Shown here: piece after piece, positions 40,522 to 50,620 of the stretch
How the letters are laid out: every line of letters starts with the position of its first letter
Position numbering within the stretch: position 1 is the first letter of the stretch
NCBI GenBank assembly: GCA_904381285.1
Contig: CAJFII010000005.1
Span: 81,535 to 145,534, forward strand
Length of the DNA: 64,000 bases
Reading direction: 5' to 3'
From: an uncultured Clostridia bacterium
GTDB taxonomy: Bacteria > Bacillota > Clostridia > TANB77 > CAG-508
The notes under the pieces: generated by a model
Told to the model about the DNA's origin: nothing
The model's input: only the letters and a program-made list of their open reading frames with translations
Database searches by the model: none
Made by a program: the position numbers and the translations under genes

Positions 40522-40662
40522 ATGGAAAGAGTATATAGAGAATTCAATTTTAATGAAGATATTGAATTAATGAACTTAACATATCAAATGAATACAGGAA
40601 ACTTTATGAATTATGAAGAAAATAATGAAATTAATAATGAAGAAAACATAAAAATAATATAA
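40522..40662 (+). CDS. Small (46 aa) acidic Asn/Glu-rich peptide ORF (not in the supplied ORF track)
   Basis: ATG 8 nt after GGAGG; MERVYREFNFNEDIELMNLTYQMNTGNFMNYEENNEINNEENIKII; followed directly by a clean terminator. Confidence 0.4.
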   Translation: MERVYREFNFNEDIELMNLTYQMNTGNFMNYEENNEINNEENIKII

Positions 40663-40664
40663 TG

Positions 40665-40697
40665 AAAATGAGCTATTAATTTAGCTCATTTTTTTTA
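40665..40697 (+). terminator. Rho-independent terminator after the small ORF
   Basis: AAAATGAGCTA / TAGCTCATTTT stem followed by a T run. Confidence 0.75.
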
Positions 40698-40765
40698 ATA
40701 AAAAGTATTTCAAAAAAACAAAACACATGTTATAATAAAAGTGTATATAAAAAAGGAGAACTATT

Positions 40766-41581
40766 ATGAATCAAATACTAGTAACTGAAAAATTATATGT
40801 AACTCCTGAACTGAAAAGAAAAAAGAAGATTTATAAACTTTACTTTTTCTTGTCAGTATTTTTAGTATGCAGTTTATTTTCTTATTACATTTATGCAGAA
40901 TATGATAGAAATAAAAATGAGGAAATATCAAAAGAAATATTATCAAGTATAGATTTAACAGGAACAAATGAAAAACAAACAGATGACACAACAGTAAGAA
41001 TAGATGATAATGTACTAATAGTAACACTAGGTGAAGAAGAGAGCAATGAACAAGAAATAGACATTACAAAACTTGCGAAAGATGCACAAAACTATATACA
41101 AGAAGTAGAAGAACAGTCTATAAATAATGTAATTGAAGAAGAACCTGTACAACAAGAAACTTATACTACTGAAACTGGGGCTACATATACAACGAATTCA
41201 ATTTTAAATATACCATCTCTAGGAATCAATTATCCTATATTAACTACTGATCAACAACACATAGACGAAATACTTAAAATTTCTTTAGTAAAATTTTGGG
41301 GTGGCAATCCAAATGAAGTAGGAAACTATGTTATTGTAGGTCATAACTATAAAAACAAGAAAATGTTTGGAAAATTATCTTCAATAAAAATTGGAGATGA
41401 AATTGAATTAACAGATTTAACAGGAAGAACATTAACATATGAAGTATATGATATATATAAAGTATCACCAGAAGATACAAGTTGTACTTCACAAAAAACA
41501 GATGGCAAAAAGGAAGTAACTTTAATTACTTGTACAAATTATGGAACACAAAGATTAATAGTAAAAGCAAGAGAAAAATAG
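40766..41581 (+). CDS. Sortase-family transpeptidase
   Basis: N-terminal TM anchor, VGHN (His) and TLITC (catalytic Cys) motifs, Arg in QRLIVKA. Confidence 0.8.
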   Translation: MNQILVTEKLYVTPELKRKKKIYKLYFFLSVFLVCSLFSYYIYAEYDRNKNEEISKEILSSIDLTGTNEKQTDDTTVRIDDNVLIVTLGEEESNEQEIDITKLAKDAQNYIQEVEEQSINNVIEEEPVQQETYTTETGATYTTNSILNIPSLGINYPILTTDQQHIDEILKISLVKFWGGNPNEVGNYVIVGHNYKNKKMFGKLSSIKIGDEIELTDLTGRTLTYEVYDIYKVSPEDTSCTSQKTDGKKEVTLITCTNYGTQRLIVKAREK

Positions 41582-41606
41582 AACTTTTATAAAAGTTCTA
41601 TTTTTC
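41580..41606. terminator. Bidirectional hairpin between convergent sortase and spoVB genes
   Basis: Palindrome AGAACTTTTA/TAAAAGTTCT overlapping both stop codons, T-rich on the plus side. Confidence 0.5.
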
Positions 41607-43089
41607 TTTGTCACATTTCAATAATAAAATAAATAAAAAATAAAAACCAAGAAATATAAATAGTTTTAGTATAAAAGAAAAAATGTCATTACAGTCATTA
41701 TAAATTAATTTCTCTGTCAAGAAATAAGAAATAAATATACAAATAAATGGTTTTAAAATCCAATTTATTAAATCAAGTTTAAACTTGGTAATTTGCTTTA
41801 ACTGGATAATACTAATACTAGAATTCAATAATTCACTAATGAAAATTACTAAAATATATCCACTAATTCCAAAAATAGGAAGTAAAAAATAAATACAAAA
41901 TATACTTACAAACAAATCTAATATGTTACATTTCATTACACTTAATTCTTGATTAAGTCCCTTTAAAATGTTATCTACAATGCTATCTAGATACATAAAC
42001 AAAAGTAATGGGCATAAAATCTTCAAATAAAAAGCAATATCTAAATTATTATAAATAGCTATACTTACATTATCAGAATAAAATAAAAAAACACCAATTA
42101 CTCCAATAGAAAATAATAAACTAATTTTAAAAATTTTAGAAATAATAGTACTAATTTTATTATGGTCATTTCTAGTATAAAAATAAGTAAATTCAGGAAC
42201 AAGTAAACCACTAAAAGAATTAATTATTACTTCAGGAAACATCAAAATTGGCATTGCCATTCCATTTATTAAACCATAAGTAGAAATTGCAGTACTACAG
42301 TTAATACCAGATTTTTCGAGTCTTAGAGGAATTAATAACTGTTTTAAAGAAGAAAGACCAGAACGAATATATGAGGTTAAAGAAACTGGTATAGTAATTT
42401 TAAAAATTTCTTTCATATAATTAACTTTTGTATCAATTTCAACATTATATTTTCTTTTTTCAAAATTATATAAAATATATACAAATACGAATGACAAAAT
42501 TTCAGATATGGCTTCACCTAAGACTAAAGATAAACAAGCATATTCTAATCCGTTTGGCATAAAGAGAGATATTAAATATGCTGTAGAAACAATTTTTACA
42601 AATTGTTCAAAAATTCTAGCAACAGCATTTTTTCCATTCTTTCTTAATGCAGTAAAATACCCATTTAATGCAGAGGACATTGAAATAAAAGGTAGGCTAA
42701 TTGCAATAATATAGAACAATGAGCTTGATACCTTACCATGTAATAAATTAATACAAATAAAATTGGAAAATAGACTTAATAAAATAGCAGCAATTATTCC
42801 AAAACTAAGACTATATAACAAACATTTTCTCATTGGTTTTTGTACATTAGTTTTAGAATTAAAAGCAGTACTAACTGTTACAATTTTGGTTGCAGCAAGA
42901 TTTATCCCGAGAGGTAGCTACAGTAATACTAAACATATATACAGACATAATTAAACTAAAAACACCAAGTGTTTCAGAGCCTATTTTTTTGGAAATATAA
43001 ATATTAAAACAAACACCAACTATTCTCATTAATAAAGAAGTAGAAGTTAATATAATACCATTAAATATAAAAACTTTTATTCTTCTCAA
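41598..43089 (-). CDS. spoVB: SpoVB/MurJ-family (MOP superfamily) flippase, interrupted at an in-frame CGG (plus coords 42907-42909); intact only if read +1
   Basis: N-terminus ..LLMRIVGVCFNIYISKKIGSETLGVFSLIMSVYMFSITVATS in frame 0, then CGG; GINLAATKIVTV.. and the remaining TM helices in frame +1. Confidence 0.75.
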
Positions 43090-43211
43090 AACTCATATCA
43101 CCTTATATTGAATATATGATGTAATAAAATACTATATTAATAAAAAATTAATTTTATTTATCAATAAATTAGTGATATAATAAACTAAATTGTTCAATAG
43201 GAGAGAGAAAA

Positions 43212-44099
43212 GTGGTAAAAGCAAAAAAGAGAATAATTATACCTATTATTTTAATGTTTGTCATTATATTAATTACAATTTTATCAATATACATATATGG
43301 AGAAATTCAATCTCTTCCAACAGAAGAAGTAAAAGAAGAGTGTAATATAGAAACTAAAAAATACAGTGATAGAAATGTATATATATTATCTCCAAAAAAT
43401 AACACATCAAGTGACAAAATCATATTATATTGTCATGGTGGAGCATATATGGGTGAACTTACTAAAACACACTGGAGTTTTCTAAAATCTATAGCAATTG
43501 ATACAGGCTATACCATAATAATTCCAGAATATCCATTAACACCATTATATAATTATGAAGATGTATTTGAATTTATGGAGCCATTATATAAAGAAATAAT
43601 AAACAAAATTGATGCTAATAAATTAATTTTAATGGGAGATTCAGCAGGAGGTGGATTAAGCCTTGCATTAGTTCAAAAAATGGGAGAAGAAGGAATACAA
43701 ATGCCTGCAAAAACTATTTTGATTTCACCTTGGATAGATGTTAGAATGGAAAATCCTAAAATAAAAGAAATAGAAGAAAAAGATGATGTAATAAATGTAA
43801 CAAGTTTGAAATTAGCAGGAATTGCATATGCTGGAACGAATGGGATGGAGAGTTATCTTGTAAATCCAATTGATGGACCACTAGATAAATTAAAAAATAT
43901 AGTAATTTTTACAGGAACATATGATGTTTTAAATCCAGATGTACATGTATTAATAAAAAGAGCAGAGGAAAAAAATGTACAAATAACATTAAAAGAAACA
44001 ATAGGTGCTAGGCATATTTGGATTTTAAATAAAGATGATGAAAATGAGTATATGGCAAAAGAAGACTATGAAATATTAATACAAGAAATTAAAAATTAA
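43212..44099 (+). CDS. Membrane-anchored alpha/beta hydrolase (esterase/lipase, HGG type)
   Basis: HGGAY oxyanion motif and GDSAGG nucleophile elbow. Confidence 0.75.
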   Translation: MVKAKKRIIIPIILMFVIILITILSIYIYGEIQSLPTEEVKEECNIETKKYSDRNVYILSPKNNTSSDKIILYCHGGAYMGELTKTHWSFLKSIAIDTGYTIIIPEYPLTPLYNYEDVFEFMEPLYKEIINKIDANKLILMGDSAGGGLSLALVQKMGEEGIQMPAKTILISPWIDVRMENPKIKEIEEKDDVINVTSLKLAGIAYAGTNGMESYLVNPIDGPLDKLKNIVIFTGTYDVLNPDVHVLIKRAEEKNVQITLKETIGARHIWILNKDDENEYMAKEDYEILIQEIKN

Positions 44100-44113
44100 G
44101 AAAGGGGAAAATA

Positions 44114-45406
44114 ATGAAACAAAAAAATCAAAGTTCTAAGTGGAGAAGATTAGATAACTCCGCAAAATTATTCCCTATTATACAAAATAAAAAATTTAGT
44201 ACTGTATTTAGATTATCAGCAATATTAAAAGAAGAAATTGATGAAAAAATATTAAAAAAAGCATCTGAAATAGCATTAAAGAAATTCAAATTTTTTAAAG
44301 TCACATTAAAAAAAGGAGCTTTTTGGTATTACTTTGAAGATAATCCAAAAGAAATTATTATAGAAGAAGAACATAATTATCCATGTAAATATATAGATAA
44401 AAATACAAATAATGGATTCTCATTTAAAATAACTTATTTTAAAAATAAAATAAATTTAGATGTATTCCATTCTTTAACAGATGGAAATAGTGCGTCAGAT
44501 TTTTTTAAGGAAATTGTATATACATATATAGAATTAAAACATCCAGAGAAATTTGTGATAGATTTAAGAAGTCAAAAAAAAGTAAAATATAATACAGAAG
44601 ATAGTTATATAAAAAATTATAATAAAAAATTAAAAGGTAATGCAAATGGGCAAAAAGCATATATATTAAGAGGAAAAAAATTACCACTTGATGCAATATC
44701 CGTTATTCATGAAATAATAAACTTAGAGCAATTAAAAAATGAAGCTTTAAAAAAAGGATGTACAATAACACAATATTTAACATCTGTATTAATATTTTCT
44801 ATCTATAAAGCAAATTACTTAAAAAACAAGAGTAAAAAACCAGTTAAAGTATGTATACCAGTAAACTTGAAAAAATATTTCGATTCTCAAACAATATCAA
44901 ATTTTTTCTCTTATATTACTGTGGTAGCAAATATGGAAGAATTAAAAACGTTTGATGAAATATTAGAATTTGTAAAAAATGATTTTAAAGAAAAATTACA
45001 AAAAGAAGAAATACTAAAAACAATGTCAGCAAATGTAAAACTAGGAAATAATATTTTTGTAAGACTTATACCATTATTTTTAAAAAGAATTGTTTTAAAT
45101 ATTAGTTATTTAGAAATTAGAAAATATACAACAACCACATTTTCTAATATAGGAAGAATTGGTATAATACAAGAATATAGAGAATTTATAGATAACTTTG
45201 TTATGCTAATTGCACCAGAAAGTGTAGAAAAAATAAAATGTTCAGCATGTTCGTTTGAGAATAATATAACATTTACATTTACATCTATATTACAAGATAT
45301 AGAAATTCAAAAAACATTTTATAATCTATTAAAAGAACAAGGAATAGATGTTAAAATAGAAAGTAATGGGGTGCCAAATGCTATATCCAGAGATTTCGAA
45401 TATTAA
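44114..45406 (+). CDS. Condensation-domain-like acyltransferase (alcohol acetyltransferase/WS-DGAT-like)
   Basis: HSLTDGNSASDFF matches the HxxxDG catalytic motif; about 430 aa. Confidence 0.5.
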   Translation: MKQKNQSSKWRRLDNSAKLFPIIQNKKFSTVFRLSAILKEEIDEKILKKASEIALKKFKFFKVTLKKGAFWYYFEDNPKEIIIEEEHNYPCKYIDKNTNNGFSFKITYFKNKINLDVFHSLTDGNSASDFFKEIVYTYIELKHPEKFVIDLRSQKKVKYNTEDSYIKNYNKKLKGNANGQKAYILRGKKLPLDAISVIHEIINLEQLKNEALKKGCTITQYLTSVLIFSIYKANYLKNKSKKPVKVCIPVNLKKYFDSQTISNFFSYITVVANMEELKTFDEILEFVKNDFKEKLQKEEILKTMSANVKLGNNIFVRLIPLFLKRIVLNISYLEIRKYTTTTFSNIGRIGIIQEYREFIDNFVMLIAPESVEKIKCSACSFENNITFTFTSILQDIEIQKTFYNLLKEQGIDVKIESNGVPNAISRDFEY

Positions 45407-45941
45407 AAAAAGTAATAGAATATTAAAAATATTAATGTTAGTTTCTGTAGCTATATCAGTTATATTACTTATAATAAATGCTTTTGTCAAGCCAGATTTG
45501 CATTGGTCATTATTATTTATTGTAGGTATTATATATATTTGGATTACTACAATTTATTCTATAAAAAAGAATGTAAACATAGCATCACATGTAATGCTTC
45601 AAATGTTATGTGTTTCTATATTAATTATATTAATAGACATGATTATTGGCTATAAAGGTTGGTCTTTAATTATAGGAATACCAATTATAGCTATAATAGC
45701 AAATTTAACAATGCTAATATTAACAATTATAAGCAGAAAAAAATATGTTAAATATGTAATATATCAAGCAATAATATTTTTATTTACACTAGGATTGTTG
45801 GTTTTAATAATAGTAGGAGTTATAAAAATAAATACACTATATATAATTGCATTTGGAATAAGTATAATGAGTATGATAATGTCATTTAGTTTATGTGGTA
45901 AGCAAATTATAGATGAATTAAATAAAAGATTACATGTATAA
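45378..45941 (+). CDS. Polytopic membrane protein overlapping the end of the acyltransferase gene
   Basis: Five or six hydrophobic helices; start codon uncertain (45366 or 45378). Confidence 0.5.
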   Translation: MLYPEISNIKKSNRILKILMLVSVAISVILLIINAFVKPDLHWSLLFIVGIIYIWITTIYSIKKNVNIASHVMLQMLCVSILIILIDMIIGYKGWSLIIGIPIIAIIANLTMLILTIISRKKYVKYVIYQAIIFLFTLGLLVLIIVGVIKINTLYIIAFGISIMSMIMSFSLCGKQIIDELNKRLHV

Positions 45942-46089
45942 ATTAGGAAAAGTATAGAGTTCGTTAAGAAAAAATTAATAAACTCTATACTTTTTTCTTA
46001 ATATTTGTGTGTTATATATAATACAAGGTTTAAAAAAATAATGATAGATGTTATAATACAAGAAAAAAAGTAAAGGGGTAATATTTAAA

Positions 46090-46785
46090 ATGTATAATAT
46101 ATTAGTTTGTGATGATGACAAGGAAATAGTAGAGGCAATAGAAATATATTTAACAAAAGAAGGGTACAATATTTTAAAAGCATATAATGGAGAAGAAGCA
46201 CTAAAAATAGTAGAAAATAATGAAATCCATTTAATTATTCTAGATATAATGATGCCTAAAATTAATGGAATACAAGTTGCAAGTAAAATAAGAGAAGATA
46301 AAGCAATTCCTATTATAATGCTTAGTGCAAAATCAGAAGATTATGATAAAATAAATGGTCTAAATACAGGAGCAGATGATTATGTAACAAAACCATTTAA
46401 TCCATTAGAATTAATAGCAAGAGTAAATTCACAAATTAGAAGATATACCTCTCTTGGATCTATAACACAAAAACAAGAGAATATCTATAAAACTGGAAAC
46501 CTTGAAATAAATGATGATACAAAAGAAGTATTTGTAGATGGAAACAAAATAAAATTAACACCAACAGAATATAACATACTAAAATTCTTAACTAAAAATA
46601 AAGGTAGAGTATTTTCCATTAATCAAATTTATGAAAATGTATGGGAAGATGAAGCATATGGAGCAGAAAACATTATAGCTGTTCATATAAGACACATAAG
46701 AGAAAAAATAGAAATAAATCCAAAAGAACCTAAATATTTAAAAGTAATATGGGGGATAGGGTATAAAATAGAAAATATAAAATAA
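46090..46785 (+). CDS. OmpR-family response regulator
   Basis: Receiver (LVCDDD.., LDIMMPKINGI, SAKSED) plus winged-helix (LTPTEYNILKFL.., WGIGYK). Confidence 0.85.
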   Translation: MYNILVCDDDKEIVEAIEIYLTKEGYNILKAYNGEEALKIVENNEIHLIILDIMMPKINGIQVASKIREDKAIPIIMLSAKSEDYDKINGLNTGADDYVTKPFNPLELIARVNSQIRRYTSLGSITQKQENIYKTGNLEINDDTKEVFVDGNKIKLTPTEYNILKFLTKNKGRVFSINQIYENVWEDEAYGAENIIAVHIRHIREKIEINPKEPKYLKVIWGIGYKIENIK

Positions 46786-46801
46786 GGAGGAACTAAAAAT
46801 T

Positions 46802-48811
46802 ATGAGGGAAATACAAAGCTCAAAAGTTTTAAAAACAATATGCTATTGTATAATACCAATACTTGTATTAATTATAATTGTTAATGCTTTCTCAATAACA
46901 TATTATTCCACATATCAAGAAGATATAGACGGAAAAACAACATATTTTGAAACAGAGCGTTTTGCAGAAGACTTATTAAGCACTATATATACATCAACAC
47001 GTAGACTTTCAAGAAATATAGAAAACCAAACTTTACAAATGGATGGTGTAGAGGAAGAACCTATTGAATATAATTTATCTTATGTAGGAACTTACTCATA
47101 TGAAATATTAATGATAGATAAAGATGGTAAGGCATATACTAACATAAAAAAAACAGTACAAACAGATACACAGGAGGAATTAGAACAGTATATAAAAAAC
47201 AAAACATATAATTGGGTATATGAAGATGATAAAATAGCAACAAATATTGAAAAAATGTCATATGACAATATAGCATATAGCTATATGTTTGAAGAAATTA
47301 AAGATTCTGGCTATAAAATTTATGCATGTGTAAAAAATGAAGATATAGGTGAATTTCAGATATATAATACCATGTATAACATCGTATCACAAACTTACCA
47401 AAGTGCTCCGTCAGTATTAGTAATAAGTGCATTTTTATTAGTTATTGCTTGTATTTATATAATATTTAGTATAGGACATAAAAAAGATGAGGAAGGGATA
47501 TATACAGATTCATTAGACAAGGTTTCTTTTGAGATAGTGGCAATTATATCAGGAACGTTACTTACTTTTGAAGGAGTAGTATTAATAACACTATTTAAAA
47601 TTATAGCAGATATAACAAATATAACAGCAAGTATGTTAAATACAGGAATTATATCTTGTATATTAATGGGAATAGTAATCTATGTTACATTAGCTATTAC
47701 ACTAATTACAATCATTAGAAGAATAAAAGCAAAAATATTATGGAAAAATACACTTTGTTACAAATTCATTAAATGGGTTAAAAGAAATACAACAGATTTA
47801 GTGTTTAAAGATATTAATACAACAAAAAAATTAGTATTAGTTTTTGGAGCATTCATAGTTATACAATCTATTCTTATAGTAGCAGCTTTAAGTGGATTTA
47901 TATACGTATTATTATTACTAGGATTCTGGTATATATTATTTAGAATTTTACTAGAAAAATTTACTGGAATGAACAAAATAAGAAATAAAATAGATAATAT
48001 GTATAAAGGTAATGTAGATAATCCATTAAATGAGGAAGAATTTAAAGGTGAACAAAAAGAAATTGCAAAAGAGTTAAATGACATATCAGGAGGGCTTTCA
48101 AATGCAATAAATGAGGCAATGAAAAGTGAAAGATTAAAAACAGAATTAATTACAAATGTATCACATGATATAAAAACTCCATTAACTTCTATAATTAACT
48201 ATGTAGATCTTATGAAAAATGAAAACATAGAAAACCCAAAAGTACAAGAATATCTAGAAATATTAGATAATAAATCTCAAAGGTTAAAGAAATTAACAGA
48301 AGACTTAATAGAAGCCTCAAAAGCATCATCAGGTAATATAAAACTAACTATCGAAAAACTAAATTTAAAAGAATTAATTAAACAAGTTAGAGGAGAGTTT
48401 GAAGATAAATTTGAAAAAAGAGGATTAACAATTATTGAAACTCTTCCAGAAGAAGAAATATACATTGAAGCAGATAGTAGGTATATGTATAGAGTATTAG
48501 AAAATATGTATGTAAACATATCAAAATATGCACTAGAAAACTCAAGGGTATATATCGATGTAGAAAAAGAAAACGATACAGCAAAAGTAATATTAAAAAA
48601 CATATCTAAAGACAAATTAAACATCAGTGTAGATGAATTAATGCAAAGATTTGTAAGAGGAGACTCTGCAAGAAGTACAGAAGGAAGCGGACTTGGAATC
48701 TCAATTGCAAAATCATTAACAGAATTACAAAATGGAAAATTTGATATATACTTAGATGGAGACCTATTTAAAGTAGTAATAGAATTTAAAATAGTTGTCA
48801 GTGAACTTTAG
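46802..48811 (+). CDS. Sensor histidine kinase with a large extracytoplasmic domain and multiple TM segments
   Basis: H-box SHDIKTPLTSI, N/G boxes, GSGLGISIAK; the stop codon lies inside the 29-nt repeat. Confidence 0.85.
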   Translation: MREIQSSKVLKTICYCIIPILVLIIIVNAFSITYYSTYQEDIDGKTTYFETERFAEDLLSTIYTSTRRLSRNIENQTLQMDGVEEEPIEYNLSYVGTYSYEILMIDKDGKAYTNIKKTVQTDTQEELEQYIKNKTYNWVYEDDKIATNIEKMSYDNIAYSYMFEEIKDSGYKIYACVKNEDIGEFQIYNTMYNIVSQTYQSAPSVLVISAFLLVIACIYIIFSIGHKKDEEGIYTDSLDKVSFEIVAIISGTLLTFEGVVLITLFKIIADITNITASMLNTGIISCILMGIVIYVTLAITLITIIRRIKAKILWKNTLCYKFIKWVKRNTTDLVFKDINTTKKLVLVFGAFIVIQSILIVAALSGFIYVLLLLGFWYILFRILLEKFTGMNKIRNKIDNMYKGNVDNPLNEEEFKGEQKEIAKELNDISGGLSNAINEAMKSERLKTELITNVSHDIKTPLTSIINYVDLMKNENIENPKVQEYLEILDNKSQRLKKLTEDLIEASKASSGNIKLTIEKLNLKELIKQVRGEFEDKFEKRGLTIIETLPEEEIYIEADSRYMYRVLENMYVNISKYALENSRVYIDVEKENDTAKVILKNISKDKLNISVDELMQRFVRGDSARSTEGSGLGISIAKSLTELQNGKFDIYLDGDLFKVVIEFKIVVSEL

Positions 48812-48830
48812 GGACGTTCCTTAAAGTTCA
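48802..48830. repeat. 29-nt palindromic repeat core TGAACTTTAGGGACGTTCCTTAAAGTTCA
   Basis: Identical to 35077-35105; contains the TAG stop of the kinase and the complement of the TGA stop of the convergent minus-strand gene. Confidence 0.85.
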
Positions 48831-49383
48831 CTCAAGGTTAGAAAAAGAGTTTTTAATATTATTGAATATATCCTTATATTTATCTATATTATCATTAACT
48901 ACTTCAAAATTAAGTATATATATATTATTAGATGTTTCAATCCATACAACATTGCAATAAAAATCTTTACCATAACTTTTATCAGAATATACAAGGCTAT
49001 ATTCATAAGCTTTATTATTATTTATGCTTATTTCATTGATACCGAGAATCATCACGAACATTTTCTTTATCTTTTAAATATGAAGTTTTATCACCACTTG
49101 CAATTTCATATAAATCAACTTCTCGTGATTTTTCAATAGAAGTAGCATATATAAACATTTCATCTTCTTCAGAATATAAATCTATAGTATAATTATTATC
49201 TTTTTTAGTATTTATTTTATAATTAATATCTGAAGGTAATTCAATACTGAATTTTCCATCAGTTGAAGTTAAAGTTGTATTGTTTTTGTCATCTTTTTTT
49301 GAAAAGTAAAATGTACAAAAAATTATAAGTGCAATTATAAAAATTAATATAGCTATTGTTATAGCTACTTTCTTTTTATTCAT
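48828..49383 (-). CDS. Membrane-anchored hypothetical protein, interrupted at an in-frame CGG (plus coords 49042-49044); continuous only if read +1
   Basis: MNKKKVAITIAILIFIIALIIF.. to ..KENVRDDS in frame 0, then CGG; GINEISINNNKAYEYSLVYSD.. in frame +1. Confidence 0.55.
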
Positions 49384-49408
49384 ATAAATCAATCTCCTTT
49401 ACATTATT

Positions 49409-50449
49409 TTAACATTCTATATAATTATATTCACAAGCTCTAATTAATCTATTCATAATAGCAAGACCAAGGCCTTCTCTTGTAACACCTTCTATTATAA
49501 CTAAATCTACATTATATGAATCAACTTTTCTTAATGTTGAAAAAATATTTTTTGATATTTCATTTAAATTATTCTTAGAGCCTACATCTAAAACATATTT
49601 GGCGTTATATTTGCTAATATTTTCAGTTGTAGAGATAACTAATGAGTTAAAATTATCTTTTACAATATCATTGATTTTTTGTACTAATTTATTATTTTCA
49701 CTGCTATAGACCATAATACATTTTGTATTAGGAGCATAATGTCTATATTTCATACCAGGTGATAGAACAGCTTCATTAAAATCACATTTTTCAAAAATAT
49801 GTCTATCTACTTTTACTTTACCTACAACATTAAGAATATCTTCTTTTGTAATCTTACCTGGTCGTAAAATGGTTGGGATATCATCAACTACTCTTACAAC
49901 AGTAGACTCAATACCTATATCACATTTTCCACCATCTACAATATAGTCAACCTTATCTCCTAATTCATCTATAATATCACATACTTCCGTACCACTTGGT
50001 TTTCCGGAAATATTTGCAGAAGGAGCAGCGATTGGAACTTTTGCATGTTCTATAATTTTTCTTGCAATTTCATTACTTGGCATTCTAACAGCTACTGTTT
50101 CTAGATTGCTAGTTACAACATTTGGAACAGTAGGTGTTCTTTCTAATATTAAAGTAAAAGGACCAGGAAAAAATGCATTTATAAGCTTTTTTTCCACACA
50201 AGAGATGCTTTTTGTGATTTCAGATAGCGTATTAGTGTTTGAAATGTGTAAAATTAAAGGATTATCTGAACTTCTTCCTTTTGCTTCATATATTTTTTTT
50301 ACAGATGTTTCATCTAAACCATTTGCACCAATCCCATAAACTGTTTCAGTTGGAAATACAACCAACTTACCATTTCTTATTGCAAGTCCTAGTTCATCAA
50401 ATATTGAATCATCAAAATTAGTAGATAAATTAATATATTTTGCTTTCAT
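49409..50449 (-). CDS. tsaC: L-threonylcarbamoyladenylate synthase (Sua5/YwlC/TsaC type with C-terminal Sua5 domain)
   Basis: VVFPTETVYGIGANG and KGRSSDNPLILHI motifs; ATG 50449 follows AAGGAAG. Confidence 0.85.
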   Translation of the reverse strand: MKAKYINLSTNFDDSIFDELGLAIRNGKLVVFPTETVYGIGANGLDETSVKKIYEAKGRSSDNPLILHISNTNTLSEITKSISCVEKKLINAFFPGPFTLILERTPTVPNVVTSNLETVAVRMPSNEIARKIIEHAKVPIAAPSANISGKPSGTEVCDIIDELGDKVDYIVDGGKCDIGIESTVVRVVDDIPTILRPGKITKEDILNVVGKVKVDRHIFEKCDFNEAVLSPGMKYRHYAPNTKCIMVYSSENNKLVQKINDIVKDNFNSLVISTTENISKYNAKYVLDVGSKNNLNEISKNIFSTLRKVDSYNVDLVIIEGVTREGLGLAIMNRLIRACEYNYIEC

Positions 50450-50620
50450 AAAAAAACTTCCTTTTTTAGTATTTGTAACAATTATATAACAAAATAAATC
50501 CATTTACAATAAAAAAAGTTTATGATATATTAATACAAATAATAGAAAGGACTATATACAAAACCAAAAAGAGTATTAGAAGAATAAATAAAAAACAGGC
50601 AATAATACGAAGGAGAAAAA

